Part shown: piece by piece, positions 16,154 to 24,640 of the stretch | Numbering within the stretch: the stretch's first letter is position 1 | How the letters are laid out: each line of letters starts with the position of its first letter | Virus record (IMG/VR): IMGVR_UViG_3300032213_001164 | Location: 1-41,861 of that record | Strand: one strand, 5' to 3' | Length of the DNA: 41,861 nucleotides | Source of the DNA: a virus | Lineage: Duplodnaviria > Caudoviricetes | The notes under the pieces: model-generated | What the model saw: only the letters and a program-made list of their open reading frames with translations | Told to the model about the DNA's origin: nothing | The model's database searches: none | Program-made: the position numbers and the translations under genes

Positions 16154-16434
16154 AGAAAACACGCCAGTAAGACCACACCGAAAAACGCAACGGCTGCCAG
16201 CACCTCCCAAACTAGCCCCTCCTCGCCCTGGATTGGGCATTCCCTCCCCTGCTCACACTTCTGGTTGCAGGGCGGGCAGTTCCAGTCGCTGAACAATGGC
16301 ATGGCATCCAATGCGTCGTCAACAGCTTCAAGCGCACGTTGCGTCTTCACCTCATCAATCGGAAAAGGCAGCGTAGCCATGTGCAGTGCTTCTTGAGCCA
16401 GCTTCAAGGCTTTGGTGACTTTTTCTTCTGTCAT
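16150..16434 (-). CDS. Hypothetical protein with [14 protein letters not shown] motif and C-terminal hydrophobic helix
   Basis: 94 aa, coupled start/stop overlaps. Confidence 0.55.
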   Translation of the reverse strand: MTEEKVTKALKLAQEALHMATLPFPIDEVKTQRALEAVDDALDAMPLFSDWNCPPCNQKCEQGRECPIQGEEGLVWEVLAAVAFFGVVLLACFL

Positions 16435-16835
16435 GCTTGTCCCCTTGCTTCGATCAGGTTTGCAATGCACCCGCCGTAGTTTGAGCCTTGATGGTCAACG
16501 TCCCACTGCCTTGCGATGGCTGCACAGGCGTTGCGCTCGGACTCACGCACTTGCCACTCCAACTCTTTCAGCAGGTCTTCAACCGTGTCGCCGTGGCCGG
16601 TGGCGTAGCCCTGGGCCATCATCCATGATGCCACTTTGTTGCGCTCGGCTGCGATCTGCTGGCGCATGTATCCGACGGTGACGATGCCTTCTTCAAACAT
16701 TCGCTTTGCTTGCGCGTCTTCGGCAATGGTGACAAGGCGTTCTAGATTCTCGTGGTTCATCACCGCAATACCTTGAGTAAACCCAAGCGCCATTCCAGCC
16801 TCCCGCGCCATTGAAATAATGTCGTCGCGGGTCAT
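16431..16835 (-). CDS. Hypothetical early protein
   Basis: [14 protein letters not shown]...ERNACAAIA...IEARG style of small phage protein. Confidence 0.65.
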   Translation of the reverse strand: MTRDDIISMAREAGMALGFTQGIAVMNHENLERLVTIAEDAQAKRMFEEGIVTVGYMRQQIAAERNKVASWMMAQGYATGHGDTVEDLLKELEWQVRESERNACAAIARQWDVDHQGSNYGGCIANLIEARGQA

Positions 16836-17044
16836 TTGTCCTCCTTGAGTGCGTCAATCTTTTTCTGCATGCTTGCCGCCATTCGCAGGCCCGATAGTTC
16901 GCAGATGAGGTCGTCACAGAACTTTGTCAGGCGCTCGATCTCCGCGTGTTGGCGGCGTAGTTCTGCGGCGGCTTGAGTGTGCCCTACTGTGTTAAATGTG
17001 TCGCACCAATTAGCCAGCCGCAGGGCCTTGGCTTGTTCAGCCAT
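16832..17044 (-). CDS. Hypothetical early protein
   Basis: ALRLA...AAAELRRQHAEIERL motif; AAGGAG RBS. Confidence 0.6.
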   Translation of the reverse strand: MAEQAKALRLANWCDTFNTVGHTQAAAELRRQHAEIERLTKFCDDLICELSGLRMAASMQKKIDALKEDK

Positions 17045-17696
17045 GATTCTTCTCCTTTATGCCGTGGGCGGCTTCGACGGCGCGGGCGAAGTCTCTCAAT
17101 CTCACCTCACCCGGCGCGTACTTAATGATTCCTTCCCATGTCTGCATGATCTGCTAATCCGTCAGCGGCTTGCGCTGCGCTGCCTGTGCTGCGGGTGGGG
17201 TGGCTTCGAATAGTGGCCACGCTGAAATAATTTTGTCGCCAACAAATTCGAACAGCGGACTGTCGTTTTCGTAGCGCGTCCATAAACCTTGATCGCTTAA
17301 TTTAGCAATGAGATATTCATGATTGCCTTCGCCGTCCCAGTTGTTCACGAATAACAATGCGTACAAACCGGCCGCCGGCTCCTGCTGTAACTGTGCTTCG
17401 GGTGCTGACTGTGCGGGTGGGGTCGCTTTCCTCCATGCCATCAAAGCCCATGCTTTGCAAAGCAACATTGAGTCATAAAACATGGGGTCGCCGGTACTGA
17501 CGAACCCGTTCTGTTTTGCAAATTCGGCGTCAAACCAGGCATCAAAGCCTATTACCGCCTCCTGCTTTTCAACATGCTCGATTGCTTCACTGAGGTCAGT
17601 GATGGCTTCATCGACCCACGCACGGTCGAGTTCATCCAAGGTGAGCGCCGCTTTCAGCGGCCACAGCGCCTGCTTTGCTGCTTCAATAAGTGTCAT
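17037..17696 (-). pseudogene. Mosaic early gene interrupted by an in-frame TAG at 17154-17156
   Basis: ...RKPLTD*QIMQTWEGIIKYAPGEVRLRDFARAVEAAHGIKEKNHG* continues in frame to a stop overlapping the next gene start. Confidence 0.55.
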
Positions 17697-17774
17697 TTGG
17701 TTTCTCCTGTTGCTTTGGCAAGATCGGTCAATTGCCTCGAACACTTTTTAAGTGCATTTGAAAACTTCAGGTTC

Positions 17775-18104
17775 TCACAATGCAGGCGGCGTAGTTCGGC
17801 CAGCATCTCGTAGATTCAGGTCGGCAATGATTTCCTCTGCCCACGCCAACGGCTGCACAGGTGCTGGCTGTGCTGCGGGTGGGGTGGTGTAAAGGCGTTG
17901 ATCGGTGCTTTTTATGTCACGGTTTCTCAACAATGTCGCCAACCCATCTCGAATCACCACACTGTCCACCGGCTCCTGCTTCTCAGCCGCCTCGATGGCG
18001 GCTTGTAGGGCGTCATGCAGGGAATCGCGCGACGCAATCTGCGACGGATGAACCTTCACGCTGGAGATGAACTCCAGCGCCTGTTTCATTGCAGCGATGA
18101 TCAT
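17775..18104 (-). CDS. Hypothetical early protein (probably frameshifted or chimeric at the 3' end)
   Basis: MKQALE...KQEPV...LYTTPPAAQPAPVQ motifs shared with the neighbouring gene. Confidence 0.5.
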   Translation of the reverse strand: MIIAAMKQALEFISSVKVHPSQIASRDSLHDALQAAIEAAEKQEPVDSVVIRDGLATLLRNRDIKSTDQRLYTTPPAAQPAPVQPLAWAEEIIADLNLRDAGRTTPPAL

Positions 18105-18310
18105 TCCGTCCTCCAAATTCTGTAAGAGCCCTCTGGCGTCTTGCGGGTTGCGAACTTCATCCCATGCCTGTCGCCAAATCGCTTTGCTGCGATGTACACG
18201 GACGTGCGCTTTGCATAGGCCGGCACAACAAAGCTGTCGCCCACCTCCATTTTGGAAAAAGGCCACAGGCTTTTCAACACGACATTCTTCTCAATAGGGG
18301 GCTGGCTCAT
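18101..18310 (-). CDS. Small putative DNA-binding protein
   Basis: WPFSKMEVGDSF...KFATRK...RIWR. Confidence 0.55.
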   Translation of the reverse strand: MSQPPIEKNVVLKSLWPFSKMEVGDSFVVPAYAKRTSVYIAAKRFGDRHGMKFATRKTPEGSYRIWRTE

Positions 18311-18398
18311 ATTCGTCCTCGGCAGGGTTGAACCGATCAGGCCCAGGCGGTTGCCCAGGCCGATCCAGGGGGTTTGGGAACGGCGGGAAAGGCCACAT
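18291..18398 (-). CDS. 35-aa Pro-rich peptide
   Basis: Manual translation MWPFPPFPNPLDRPGQPPGPDRFNPAEDEYEPAPY; start overlaps the upstream stop (TGATG). Confidence 0.45.
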   Translation of the reverse strand: MWPFPPFPNPLDRPGQPPGPDRFNPAEDEYEPAPY

Positions 18399-18577
18399 CA
18401 GTCGGCCTCAACAATGGCCGTCAGAGCCGCGATAAGCTCGCGTGCAGCCTCCTTGCTCATGGTGGTGTAGGCGCTGCCTCCACGCACGTTCATAGACAGC
18501 CACAGGCCGTCCTCGTGAGAGTCGGCGAAGATCCGCGACTCGTTGGCTGCGATGCTGAATTCCAGTTGCTCTTTCAT
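18398..18577 (-). CDS. Hypothetical protein (59 aa)
   Basis: Manual translation MKEQLEFSIAANESRIFADSHEDGLWLSM...ALTAIVEAD; AAGGAG RBS. Confidence 0.55.
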   Translation of the reverse strand: MKEQLEFSIAANESRIFADSHEDGLWLSMNVRGGSAYTTMSKEAARELIAALTAIVEAD

Positions 18578-18588
18578 GATGTCGCTCC

Positions 18589-18813
18589 TTAAACGATTTT
18601 GTCGAAATGAAGATGGCCGAAGACGGTGTGCTGCTTGCAGTCCAGGCAGCGGGCCAAATAGGTGTCAGGGCCGAGATCGTCGTAGGTCTGCGTGCATGCC
18701 GAGCAGAAGGCTAAACGATCATGGGCCAGATCGCTGGCGTAGTCCACCGTGGGACGGTAGCGATACTCGTCGCCCTCATCGCTGTAGAACCTTGTGTAGT
18801 GTTCGCTGTTCAC
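18589..18813 (-). CDS. Small Zn-ribbon-like protein
   Basis: Two CxxC pairs (CSAC, CLDC); GTG start with AAGGAG upstream. Confidence 0.55.
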   Translation of the reverse strand: MNSEHYTRFYSDEGDEYRYRPTVDYASDLAHDRLAFCSACTQTYDDLGPDTYLARCLDCKQHTVFGHLHFDKIV

Positions 18814-18844
18814 TTCGCTTCTCCTTCGCTGTTACCTGCTGATT

Positions 18845-18891
18845 GCAGTGGTGACATTGTAATGTCAGATTACAAGGCAATGCAATACCCC
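18845..18891 (-). promoter_or_regulatory. Repeated promoter/operator, copy 1
   Basis: TTGCAT-N18-TACAAT overlapped by the palindrome TGTAAT-N5-ATTACA (18858-18874). Confidence 0.7.
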
Positions 18892-18913
18892 ACTGTTTTG
18901 CGGGGTGATTGCC

Positions 18914-19720
18914 TCATGCCTGCTCGAGCACCTTGGGGCGCTGAATGACGGTCTGCTTGACGCCGTTATAGACGGTGTGCTCCTTGACGCTGGCCTTTAC
19001 CGTGGTGGTATCACCCTTGTTGCCGATGTCGGTGCGGCCCTTGTAGGTGACGGCGTTGCCGGCCTTGTCACGGGCGATGGTGATGTAGTTGGTGCCGAAC
19101 TGCGACTCGAGAACGATGATGCGCTCGACGGTGATGGTCAGGGTGACCTTGTCGCCCACTGCGCCGATGTGCTGGCTGTTGGCGCGAGCAGCCTCGAGGC
19201 GGTCGATCACCGCAAAGCAGGACTCCACCGCCTCAAGCTGGCGGTCGGTCAGGTTACCCCAGTGGGCCAGATTCTGGGCCATGCTGCGCAGGAAGTCGTT
19301 TGTACCCTCATAGGCCGTCAAACGGGCCACCACGGCGCTGTTGGCATCACGCCATGCCTGGGTAGCCTCGATGTGCTCTGCGGCCCTCTGGGCGCGTTCT
19401 GCGGCCACCTGAGCCTGACGCGCCTCACGGCGGGCCTTGGCGCCGGCCTGACGACGGGCACGAGAGTGATCGGCGCGGATCTTCTCAAAGCCCTCAATGC
19501 CCCAGCCGGTCTTGGCCACGCAGTCGCAGCCGACCTTGAACTGCTTTGCGCCGACCACGCTGCCCTTGATCCAGAACTCCCAGCGGATGCCGTGCCCGCA
19601 GTAGTCGCAGCATCCACCGGCTTTGGTGGTGCGGTCGGGCATCACGAAGACGTTCTCGGTCACATGGGTGCATTGGAAGGGCGCCTTGCCGAGTCCTGCT
19701 TTCTCAAAGGGGTGGGTCAT
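18914..19720 (-). CDS. Zn-finger plus putative C-terminal OB-fold protein
   Basis: CDYCG...VGCDC N-terminus; HIGAVGDKVTLTITV...VKASVKEHTVYNGVKQTVIQRPK beta-rich C-terminus. ATG at 19720 with AGGAG. Confidence 0.6.
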   Translation of the reverse strand: MTHPFEKAGLGKAPFQCTHVTENVFVMPDRTTKAGGCCDYCGHGIRWEFWIKGSVVGAKQFKVGCDCVAKTGWGIEGFEKIRADHSRARRQAGAKARREARQAQVAAERAQRAAEHIEATQAWRDANSAVVARLTAYEGTNDFLRSMAQNLAHWGNLTDRQLEAVESCFAVIDRLEAARANSQHIGAVGDKVTLTITVERIIVLESQFGTNYITIARDKAGNAVTYKGRTDIGNKGDTTTVKASVKEHTVYNGVKQTVIQRPKVLEQA

Positions 19721-19751
19721 GATTCGCTCCTGATTCGCTGTCCTGCACATC

Positions 19752-19798
19752 GCAGTGGTGACATTGTAATCTGAAGTTACAGGATGATGCAATACCCC
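19752..19798 (-). promoter_or_regulatory. Repeated promoter/operator, copy 2
   Basis: 19-nt identity with 18845-18863 and 12-nt identity with 18880-18891; palindrome at 19765-19781. Confidence 0.7.
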
Positions 19799-19819
19799 CC
19801 AACAACTGAGGGGATAAAT

Positions 19820-20017
19820 TTATTTCTCATCCCTAGCTTCCTGGCGGCCCCGCTCGATCATTCGGCGTGCATCCTCATGGTCGTTGATGGCCTCCGACTC
19901 GAGCATCACTCGGATGCCCTGCATGCGAGCAATGATGGCCGTGTTGGGCTTGCCATCGATGATGGCCTTCTCGAGCCGGTAGCCGGCGTTGATGTAGCTT
20001 GCTTCGGTGTTTTTCAT
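19820..20017 (-). CDS. Hypothetical protein
   Basis: 65-aa ORF in operon context. Confidence 0.55.
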   Translation of the reverse strand: MKNTEASYINAGYRLEKAIIDGKPNTAIIARMQGIRVMLESEAINDHEDARRMIERGRQEARDEK

Positions 20018-20019
20018 GA

Positions 20020-20412
20020 TCAGAAGTTGTAGTCGTAGAACTTGACGGGTTTGTCGCTCAGGCCGAACTTGCGGCCGTGCTTGTCTTTCCAGCCTTTTTT
20101 GCCCAGGCGGATGCGGATGATGCGGTTCTCAGGGTTGCTTGAGATGAACCACCGCTGATCGCGCTGATTGACGCAGTGCCCGGCAAAGCCACCGGCCACC
20201 CACTCGAGCTTGACCGACTCATCCTGCACCGCGTCCATCTCGCGGATCTCGATGGTCTTGTCGCTGATCCGGCGCACCACCTCGTAGGGCGTGACATCGC
20301 TCCAGCCGTAGTGGTTTGCGTAGCCCTCGTGGTCATCGCAGTGGCTGTACCCCTGGTCGCCGGGGCCGAACTCAGCACCGCATTGTGAGCAGCTTGTGTT
20401 ATCGAATTGCAT
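20020..20412 (-). CDS. Hypothetical protein with N-terminal CSQCG...HCDDH Zn motif
   Basis: ATG at 20412 with AGGAG; 130 aa ending FYDYNF. Confidence 0.6.
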   Translation of the reverse strand: MQFDNTSCSQCGAEFGPGDQGYSHCDDHEGYANHYGWSDVTPYEVVRRISDKTIEIREMDAVQDESVKLEWVAGGFAGHCVNQRDQRWFISSNPENRIIRIRLGKKGWKDKHGRKFGLSDKPVKFYDYNF

Positions 20413-20449
20413 GGTGTTCTCCTGTGGGGGCCGCAGCCCCCTGATTGGT

Positions 20450-20605
20450 TTAAATTGGCAGGCCCAACTCTGAGCCGTTGATGGGTTTGTTGAGTCGGTC
20501 GTATGCCGGGAGATCCTCCGGCCACTGGAGGGCTCTTTCAAGCCACTCAAGCGCCTCTTGCGGGAGGGGCACAACGACCGTTGGGGTAACGGTCTCTTCG
20601 TTCAT
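20450..20605 (-). CDS. Hypothetical protein (51 aa)
   Basis: Start overlaps the upstream stop (ATGA). Confidence 0.4.
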   Translation of the reverse strand: MNEETVTPTVVVPLPQEALEWLERALQWPEDLPAYDRLNKPINGSELGLPI

Positions 20606-20892
20606 TTGCTGGTGACCTTGACCGAGAACACAGCGGTGGTGTTGGTGTGCTGCGCGATCAAGTCGGCAGGAATGTTGAGGGCCTTGGCAATGGCCTTCCA
20701 ATCGACAGTCGAGCGGTTGGTCTCAACGTAGGTGGCCTTGAACAGATCGCCCTCGAAGGCCTTCTGGCCGGACATGCTGGCCTCGTCCTTGATGCTGTCC
20801 TTGATGGCGTCGGCCTGCTTGGTCAGGTCGGCAATCTGAGCCAGAAGAGCGCCGAGGGTGTCGATGTTGCTGATGGTGGTGGTGGTGATCAT
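20602..20892 (-). CDS. Hypothetical protein
   Basis: 96 aa, first gene after promoter copy 3. Confidence 0.65.
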   Translation of the reverse strand: MITTTTISNIDTLGALLAQIADLTKQADAIKDSIKDEASMSGQKAFEGDLFKATYVETNRSTVDWKAIAKALNIPADLIAQHTNTTAVFSVKVTSK

Positions 20893-20946
20893 GTTCGCTG
20901 TTCCTTCGCTGTTGGCTGTCTTGCACTATTGCTTGACAGTGATGTT

Positions 20947-20965
20947 AGTGTAACAGCAAATTACA
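20947..20965 (-). promoter_or_regulatory. Repeated operator/-10 element, copy 3
   Basis: Minus-strand TGTAAT-TTGCT-GTTACA overlapping TACACT. Confidence 0.55.
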
Positions 20966-20993
20966 ACGCACCAGAGGCAAACCCAATTATTTT

Positions 20994-21287
20994 CTAGGGA
21001 CTAACCCTAATCCCCAAAAGCTCCCTGGTGTCAGCCAGAAGATCCGCCTCGTCGTAGCCGTAGTGCTTGGGGAATCCCTTCGTGCCAAGCCCGTGCAGGC
21101 CCGTCTTGCCCCTGTGATGCTCCACGCACAACGGCAATACATCCCAGTGGCTTGCGCGTCTCCCAGCCCCCGTTCCGGCCCTTGGATGGTGTATCTCGGC
21201 AGGGGTACCCGGATACCCCATTCGCCGACACACAGCGCAGCCGAGGTCAGCTACTCTGGACAGGTGCTTTTTTTCGTCTTTTGTCAT
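20994..21287 (-). CDS. Ref/DUF968-like HNH-type nuclease
   Basis: LGCAVC...EIHH...LPLCVEHH...GLH motif. Confidence 0.75.
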   Translation of the reverse strand: MTKDEKKHLSRVADLGCAVCRRMGYPGTPAEIHHPRAGTGAGRRASHWDVLPLCVEHHRGKTGLHGLGTKGFPKHYGYDEADLLADTRELLGIRVSP

Positions 21288-21429
21288 CCTTGTGCCTTGG
21301 CTCAGTGATAGCCCGCTCCTCTGTTTGGAAGATGTGTTCGTTGTAGCAGAGGCGGCTGCGCACAATGACGCCATTGGGCTTTCGAGTTGCCTTTACATCG
21401 GATGGCGCACCGCATAGTGGGCACTTCAT
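21247..21429 (-). CDS. Zn-ribbon protein (NrdR-N/Ogr-like)
   Basis: MKCPLCG...VRSRLCYNEHIFQTEE. Confidence 0.55.
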   Translation of the reverse strand: MKCPLCGAPSDVKATRKPNGVIVRSRLCYNEHIFQTEERAITEPRHKDDKRRKKAPVQSS

Positions 21430-21779
21430 ATGGTCGCTTTGCCCTCTGCCCGGTTCGTTGCCTCAATTGAGCGCCAAACCTCGATGCGGGCCTGCGCAGC
21501 GATCAAGCGCCAGCGAAGCTCCTCCTCAATCTGCACAGCCTCTTGCAAGGCCCTGAGATGCTGGACGTACTCCGGGTCGGAGTAGGCCTCCCGCTCCTGC
21601 GCATTGACCGATGTCTCAAGGCTGCGCTTCATGATGATCGCCTTCAGGCTCTTTCGGTACTCCTCCATGTAGATCCGGTTTGCCTTGGCCTCTCCGAACT
21701 TCTTGCCGTACTTGAAGATGTACTCAATCGCAAGCTCTGGGTTCTTTACGTCGCTGTCACTCATCTTTGTCTCCAACAA
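21426..21779 (-). CDS. Helical hypothetical protein (possibly UvsY-like)
   Basis: AQEREAYSDPEY coiled-coil pattern; family assignment tentative. Confidence 0.55.
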   Translation of the reverse strand: MLETKMSDSDVKNPELAIEYIFKYGKKFGEAKANRIYMEEYRKSLKAIIMKRSLETSVNAQEREAYSDPEYVQHLRALQEAVQIEEELRWRLIAAQARIEVWRSIEATNRAEGKATI

Positions 21780-21936
21780 ATCTTTCTCTCATCTGCATCA
21801 TCTGGTCGGCCATGCGGTATGACCGCTCCGCGATCCGACGCCGGTACTCTTCGCTTCCCAAGAGTGACGAGTCGTTGATTTGGTTCATCATGGCGAACAT
21901 CGCAAACAGGTCGATCAGTTGCGGCTCTGGCTTCAT
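21757..21936 (-). CDS. Hypothetical protein (59 aa)
   Basis: Manual translation MKPEPQLIDLFAMFAM...IAERSYRMADQMMQMRE; resembles the protein at 24431-24640. Confidence 0.55.
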   Translation of the reverse strand: MKPEPQLIDLFAMFAMMNQINDSSLLGSEEYRRRIAERSYRMADQMMQMRERFVGDKDE

Positions 21937-22145
21937 GATTTCGCCTTGAATAGTGCCTGCCCAGCAGCGGCCGGGAAAACCGCTCCCCAGGCAACGATCT
22001 GCTGGACATCCATCTTCTCAAGGAACCCATCGACCGCGCTGATGCGGTACTCGATCTTGCCGCCATACGTCTTCACTTTTGCGATCCCCACAGTTCCCTT
22101 GGACGTGTTGAACCAAGTCCAATCCAATGCAGCACTTTCGTTCAT
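21933..22145 (-). CDS. Hypothetical protein
   Basis: 70 aa, coupled overlaps with neighbours. Confidence 0.55.
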   Translation of the reverse strand: MNESAALDWTWFNTSKGTVGIAKVKTYGGKIEYRISAVDGFLEKMDVQQIVAWGAVFPAAAGQALFKAKS

Positions 22146-22486
22146 TGTTCTCTCACTTTAATTTTTAACATTCCGCCGATGTGCTCGGCCCAGTAAATTC
22201 TCAGGTCAACGATGTTGCCATCGTCCTTCCAGACACCTGCGTGAGTGCAGCCGTCCAAGGCCGCCTTGAGCAGGTTGTCGAGATCGCGCCTGCGGTTGTC
22301 CGGCCTCCAGGCCTCAATCTCTACCACCAGCTTGCCGGCAAGGTTCTTGGCCCCTCGCTGGATCAGCACCTGATCGGCCACCGCCTTGCGGTACTCACGA
22401 CCCTTCGCGCTGATGATCATGCGGCCCTGGAAGGTTCTCCAGTAGGTGTTGACTGACGGAGGCCAGGGCAGGGTCAGTTCGATCAT
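22142..22486 (-). CDS. rusA: RusA Holliday junction resolvase
   Basis: LPWPPSVNTYWR, RRRDLDNLLKAALD, GVWKDD. Confidence 0.9.
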   Translation of the reverse strand: MIELTLPWPPSVNTYWRTFQGRMIISAKGREYRKAVADQVLIQRGAKNLAGKLVVEIEAWRPDNRRRDLDNLLKAALDGCTHAGVWKDDGNIVDLRIYWAEHIGGMLKIKVREQ

Positions 22487-22770
22487 TGCCGCTGGCTCGG
22501 GATGCGGTTCAGGATGGCCTCTGCCGCGTTCCTCAAGGCAGTTGAGGTCTCACCCTCATCTTCCTGATCCGCGAGCCCCATGACGAGTTCTGAGCAGGCC
22601 TGACGCTCGATCATGATGGCCTGCCTGCTGGTTTGGATGGCGATGGCCATGATCTCTGCCTTGGCCTGGGCCAGGGCCTCGTTGAACTCCTTCTCGGTGA
22701 ACAACGTCTGACCCGCACCCTGCCCGAGCAGGAATCGCTTCTGAAAATCACTCAACTCAACTTTGTTCAT
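22483..22770 (-). CDS. Hypothetical protein
   Basis: MNKVELSDF...ERQAC...ILNR; AGGAG RBS. Confidence 0.55.
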   Translation of the reverse strand: MNKVELSDFQKRFLLGQGAGQTLFTEKEFNEALAQAKAEIMAIAIQTSRQAIMIERQACSELVMGLADQEDEGETSTALRNAAEAILNRIPSQRQ

Positions 22771-23000
22771 TTCCATTCTCCTTCTTGGCCTCTGTTGCCT
22801 TTGTTCCATTGATCTCGCACATCTTGATCAAGTCTTGACTTGGGATGTATCTCATTCCATCCCTTGTGATACTTGCCAAGGTCGTCACGGTAACCGTAGA
22901 GGAATCGGTGTGCAGCCGCACGATCCTGTACCCTTCTTCGGATGACATCTCGAACGAGACAGCGATACCGATGCTGGTCGTCCCCCTCTCCTTCACTCAA
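22767..23000 (-). CDS. Hypothetical protein
   Basis: HRYRCLVR...DQWNKGNRG..GEWK; coupled to the helicase stop. Confidence 0.55.
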   Translation of the reverse strand: MSEGEGDDQHRYRCLVRDVIRRRVQDRAAAHRFLYGYRDDLGKYHKGWNEIHPKSRLDQDVRDQWNKGNRGQEGEWK

Positions 23001-24007
23001 AATGCCCCCCTGTCGTCAAACGACATCGTGAGGCATGAGTCAGACTCCAAGAACTGCTGGCTGTCCCTGTGATACCAGAGCGAGTACCAGTCCTCTGCCT
23101 CCCCGTTCCTTTGCTTCTCGCACATCAGGATCGCGTCGGGCTTGAGTGGATCGGGCGTGTTCCCGTTCTGCACCTCGTGCTCCTTCTTTTTGTTGCGCCA
23201 CATCAGCAGGACGTTGTCCACCTGATCTGCAATCGCCCCAGTTCCCTTGATGTCGGTCTTGCTGGGCATCTGCTCCTCGTTGCCGAGCTTGCGGATGTGA
23301 TGGATCAGATGGATGTGGATGTGATGATCCCTGGCCAGAGCCGTCAACTCATCGACGAAGGACTTCTGCGCGTTGTAGTCGTCCTCGCCGGGCACGCACT
23401 TCATCAGCGAGTCGATGAAGACATGCTGGATGCCAAGCTCCATCGCGCAGTAGCGGGCCATCGCAATAACCTGCTGGCTTGAGGTCGTGCCCTGCTGGTC
23501 GTACAGCCACAAGCCCTGGCGACTGAACTGCGTAAACCGCTCAAGCAGCCGACCGATGTAAGTGGCCTTCTCAACGTACTGCGGGAACTCAATGTTCTCC
23601 CCAGCGAACTGCCGCAGCATGCGGTAGATCGTGCGCTTGGGCTTCATCTCAAAGCTGGCAATGCACACCCGCTGCTTCTGCTTGATCAGCCCCATCGCCA
23701 CTTGCCCGGTGATCAAGGACTTGCCACCACCGTTGGAGCCAGCGTACAGGGTCACCTCGCCTGGGCGGTACTGGAACCCCGCATGGGTCTTCGGCCAGGG
23801 CATGGTCACGCTCTTGTCGCGCTCTGGAGGCTGGACAAGCTCCTGCTGCAACTCCTCAAGCCAGACAGAGGCCTCATGCACCTTGTGCGTCACATCGTTC
23901 GCCTTGAGGTACTTCTCAGTGTCGATGTCCTCGGAATTGATCATCCGGATCTTGCGGGCCTCGTCGAGTTGACGCGCCCTCTGCTCAATCATGCTCACGT
24001 TAGACAT
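22997..24007 (-). CDS. Replicative helicase, DnaB/T7 gp4-like (SF4)
   Basis: Walker A GSNGGGKS, SFEM, Walker B VFIDSL, HHIRK, IKGTGAIADQVD, KQRNG. Confidence 0.88.
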   Translation of the reverse strand: MSNVSMIEQRARQLDEARKIRMINSEDIDTEKYLKANDVTHKVHEASVWLEELQQELVQPPERDKSVTMPWPKTHAGFQYRPGEVTLYAGSNGGGKSLITGQVAMGLIKQKQRVCIASFEMKPKRTIYRMLRQFAGENIEFPQYVEKATYIGRLLERFTQFSRQGLWLYDQQGTTSSQQVIAMARYCAMELGIQHVFIDSLMKCVPGEDDYNAQKSFVDELTALARDHHIHIHLIHHIRKLGNEEQMPSKTDIKGTGAIADQVDNVLLMWRNKKKEHEVQNGNTPDPLKPDAILMCEKQRNGEAEDWYSLWYHRDSQQFLESDSCLTMSFDDRGAF

Positions 24008-24434
24008 GTGCGTACCTCATTGCTTCGTCGATTCGCTGGTAGGCCGTGAGCATGCGCTCGCGGGTTTCTTCGCTGATGGGTTTTCCGTTGCCGATGTCGA
24101 AGGCGACGATCTGCACCACCAGAGCCTCAAAGCCGATGATTCGCATCAGGTCGCTTGCGTAGAAGGCCGGCTTGATCGCAGGCTTGCCCTCGACCGGATA
24201 CTCCTTGCGTTTGCTGTCTGGAGGGAACAGATCGCCGATGTCCAGGCCGACCGCCCCGACCACCGAGTGAACGTCACAGCCGGCAAAGCAGTGCAGAAGC
24301 ACCCGACCATCCTCGGCAGCCTTGATGGCCAGGGATGGCCCCTTGTCGTCATGCGCCGGGCAGCGGGCAGTCCATGAGCCGTTGCGGCCCTTGACCTTCT
24401 CTAGGCGCTGAAGCAGGTTCTCGACCGGGTTCAT
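24000..24434 (-). CDS. Primase Zn-binding-domain protein (no TOPRIM domain evident)
   Basis: ARCPAHDDKGPSL...LLHCFAGC in 144 aa. Confidence 0.75.
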   Translation of the reverse strand: MNPVENLLQRLEKVKGRNGSWTARCPAHDDKGPSLAIKAAEDGRVLLHCFAGCDVHSVVGAVGLDIGDLFPPDSKRKEYPVEGKPAIKPAFYASDLMRIIGFEALVVQIVAFDIGNGKPISEETRERMLTAYQRIDEAMRYAHV

Positions 24435-24640
24435 AGCTCCCTCGCTTTCAGCATGGCGTCTGCCATTTTGTACGCATCCATTGCGACACCATCGCGCCAA
24501 TCCTGATCGGGGAAACAGTCGCACTGGTACAGGACGATTTGCATCGCCTTAGCCGCGAAGTAGTCCCGTAGGGTCGCGCCGTCATTTCGCAAATTGTGTG
24601 CTGGCGTTGGAAACGCTGGCCCGCCTGTTTTGTCACTCAT
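24431..24640 (-). CDS. Hypothetical phage protein
   Basis: GGPAFP...TLRDYFAAKAMQ...AYKMADAMLKAR, a common small phage protein pattern. Confidence 0.7.
   Translation of the reverse strand: MSDKTGGPAFPTPAHNLRNDGATLRDYFAAKAMQIVLYQCDCFPDQDWRDGVAMDAYKMADAMLKAREL

Noticed and set aside
17154-17156. Genome-wide TAG reassignment
   Set aside because: Single case; long genes are uninterrupted and several genes use TAG as a normal stop.
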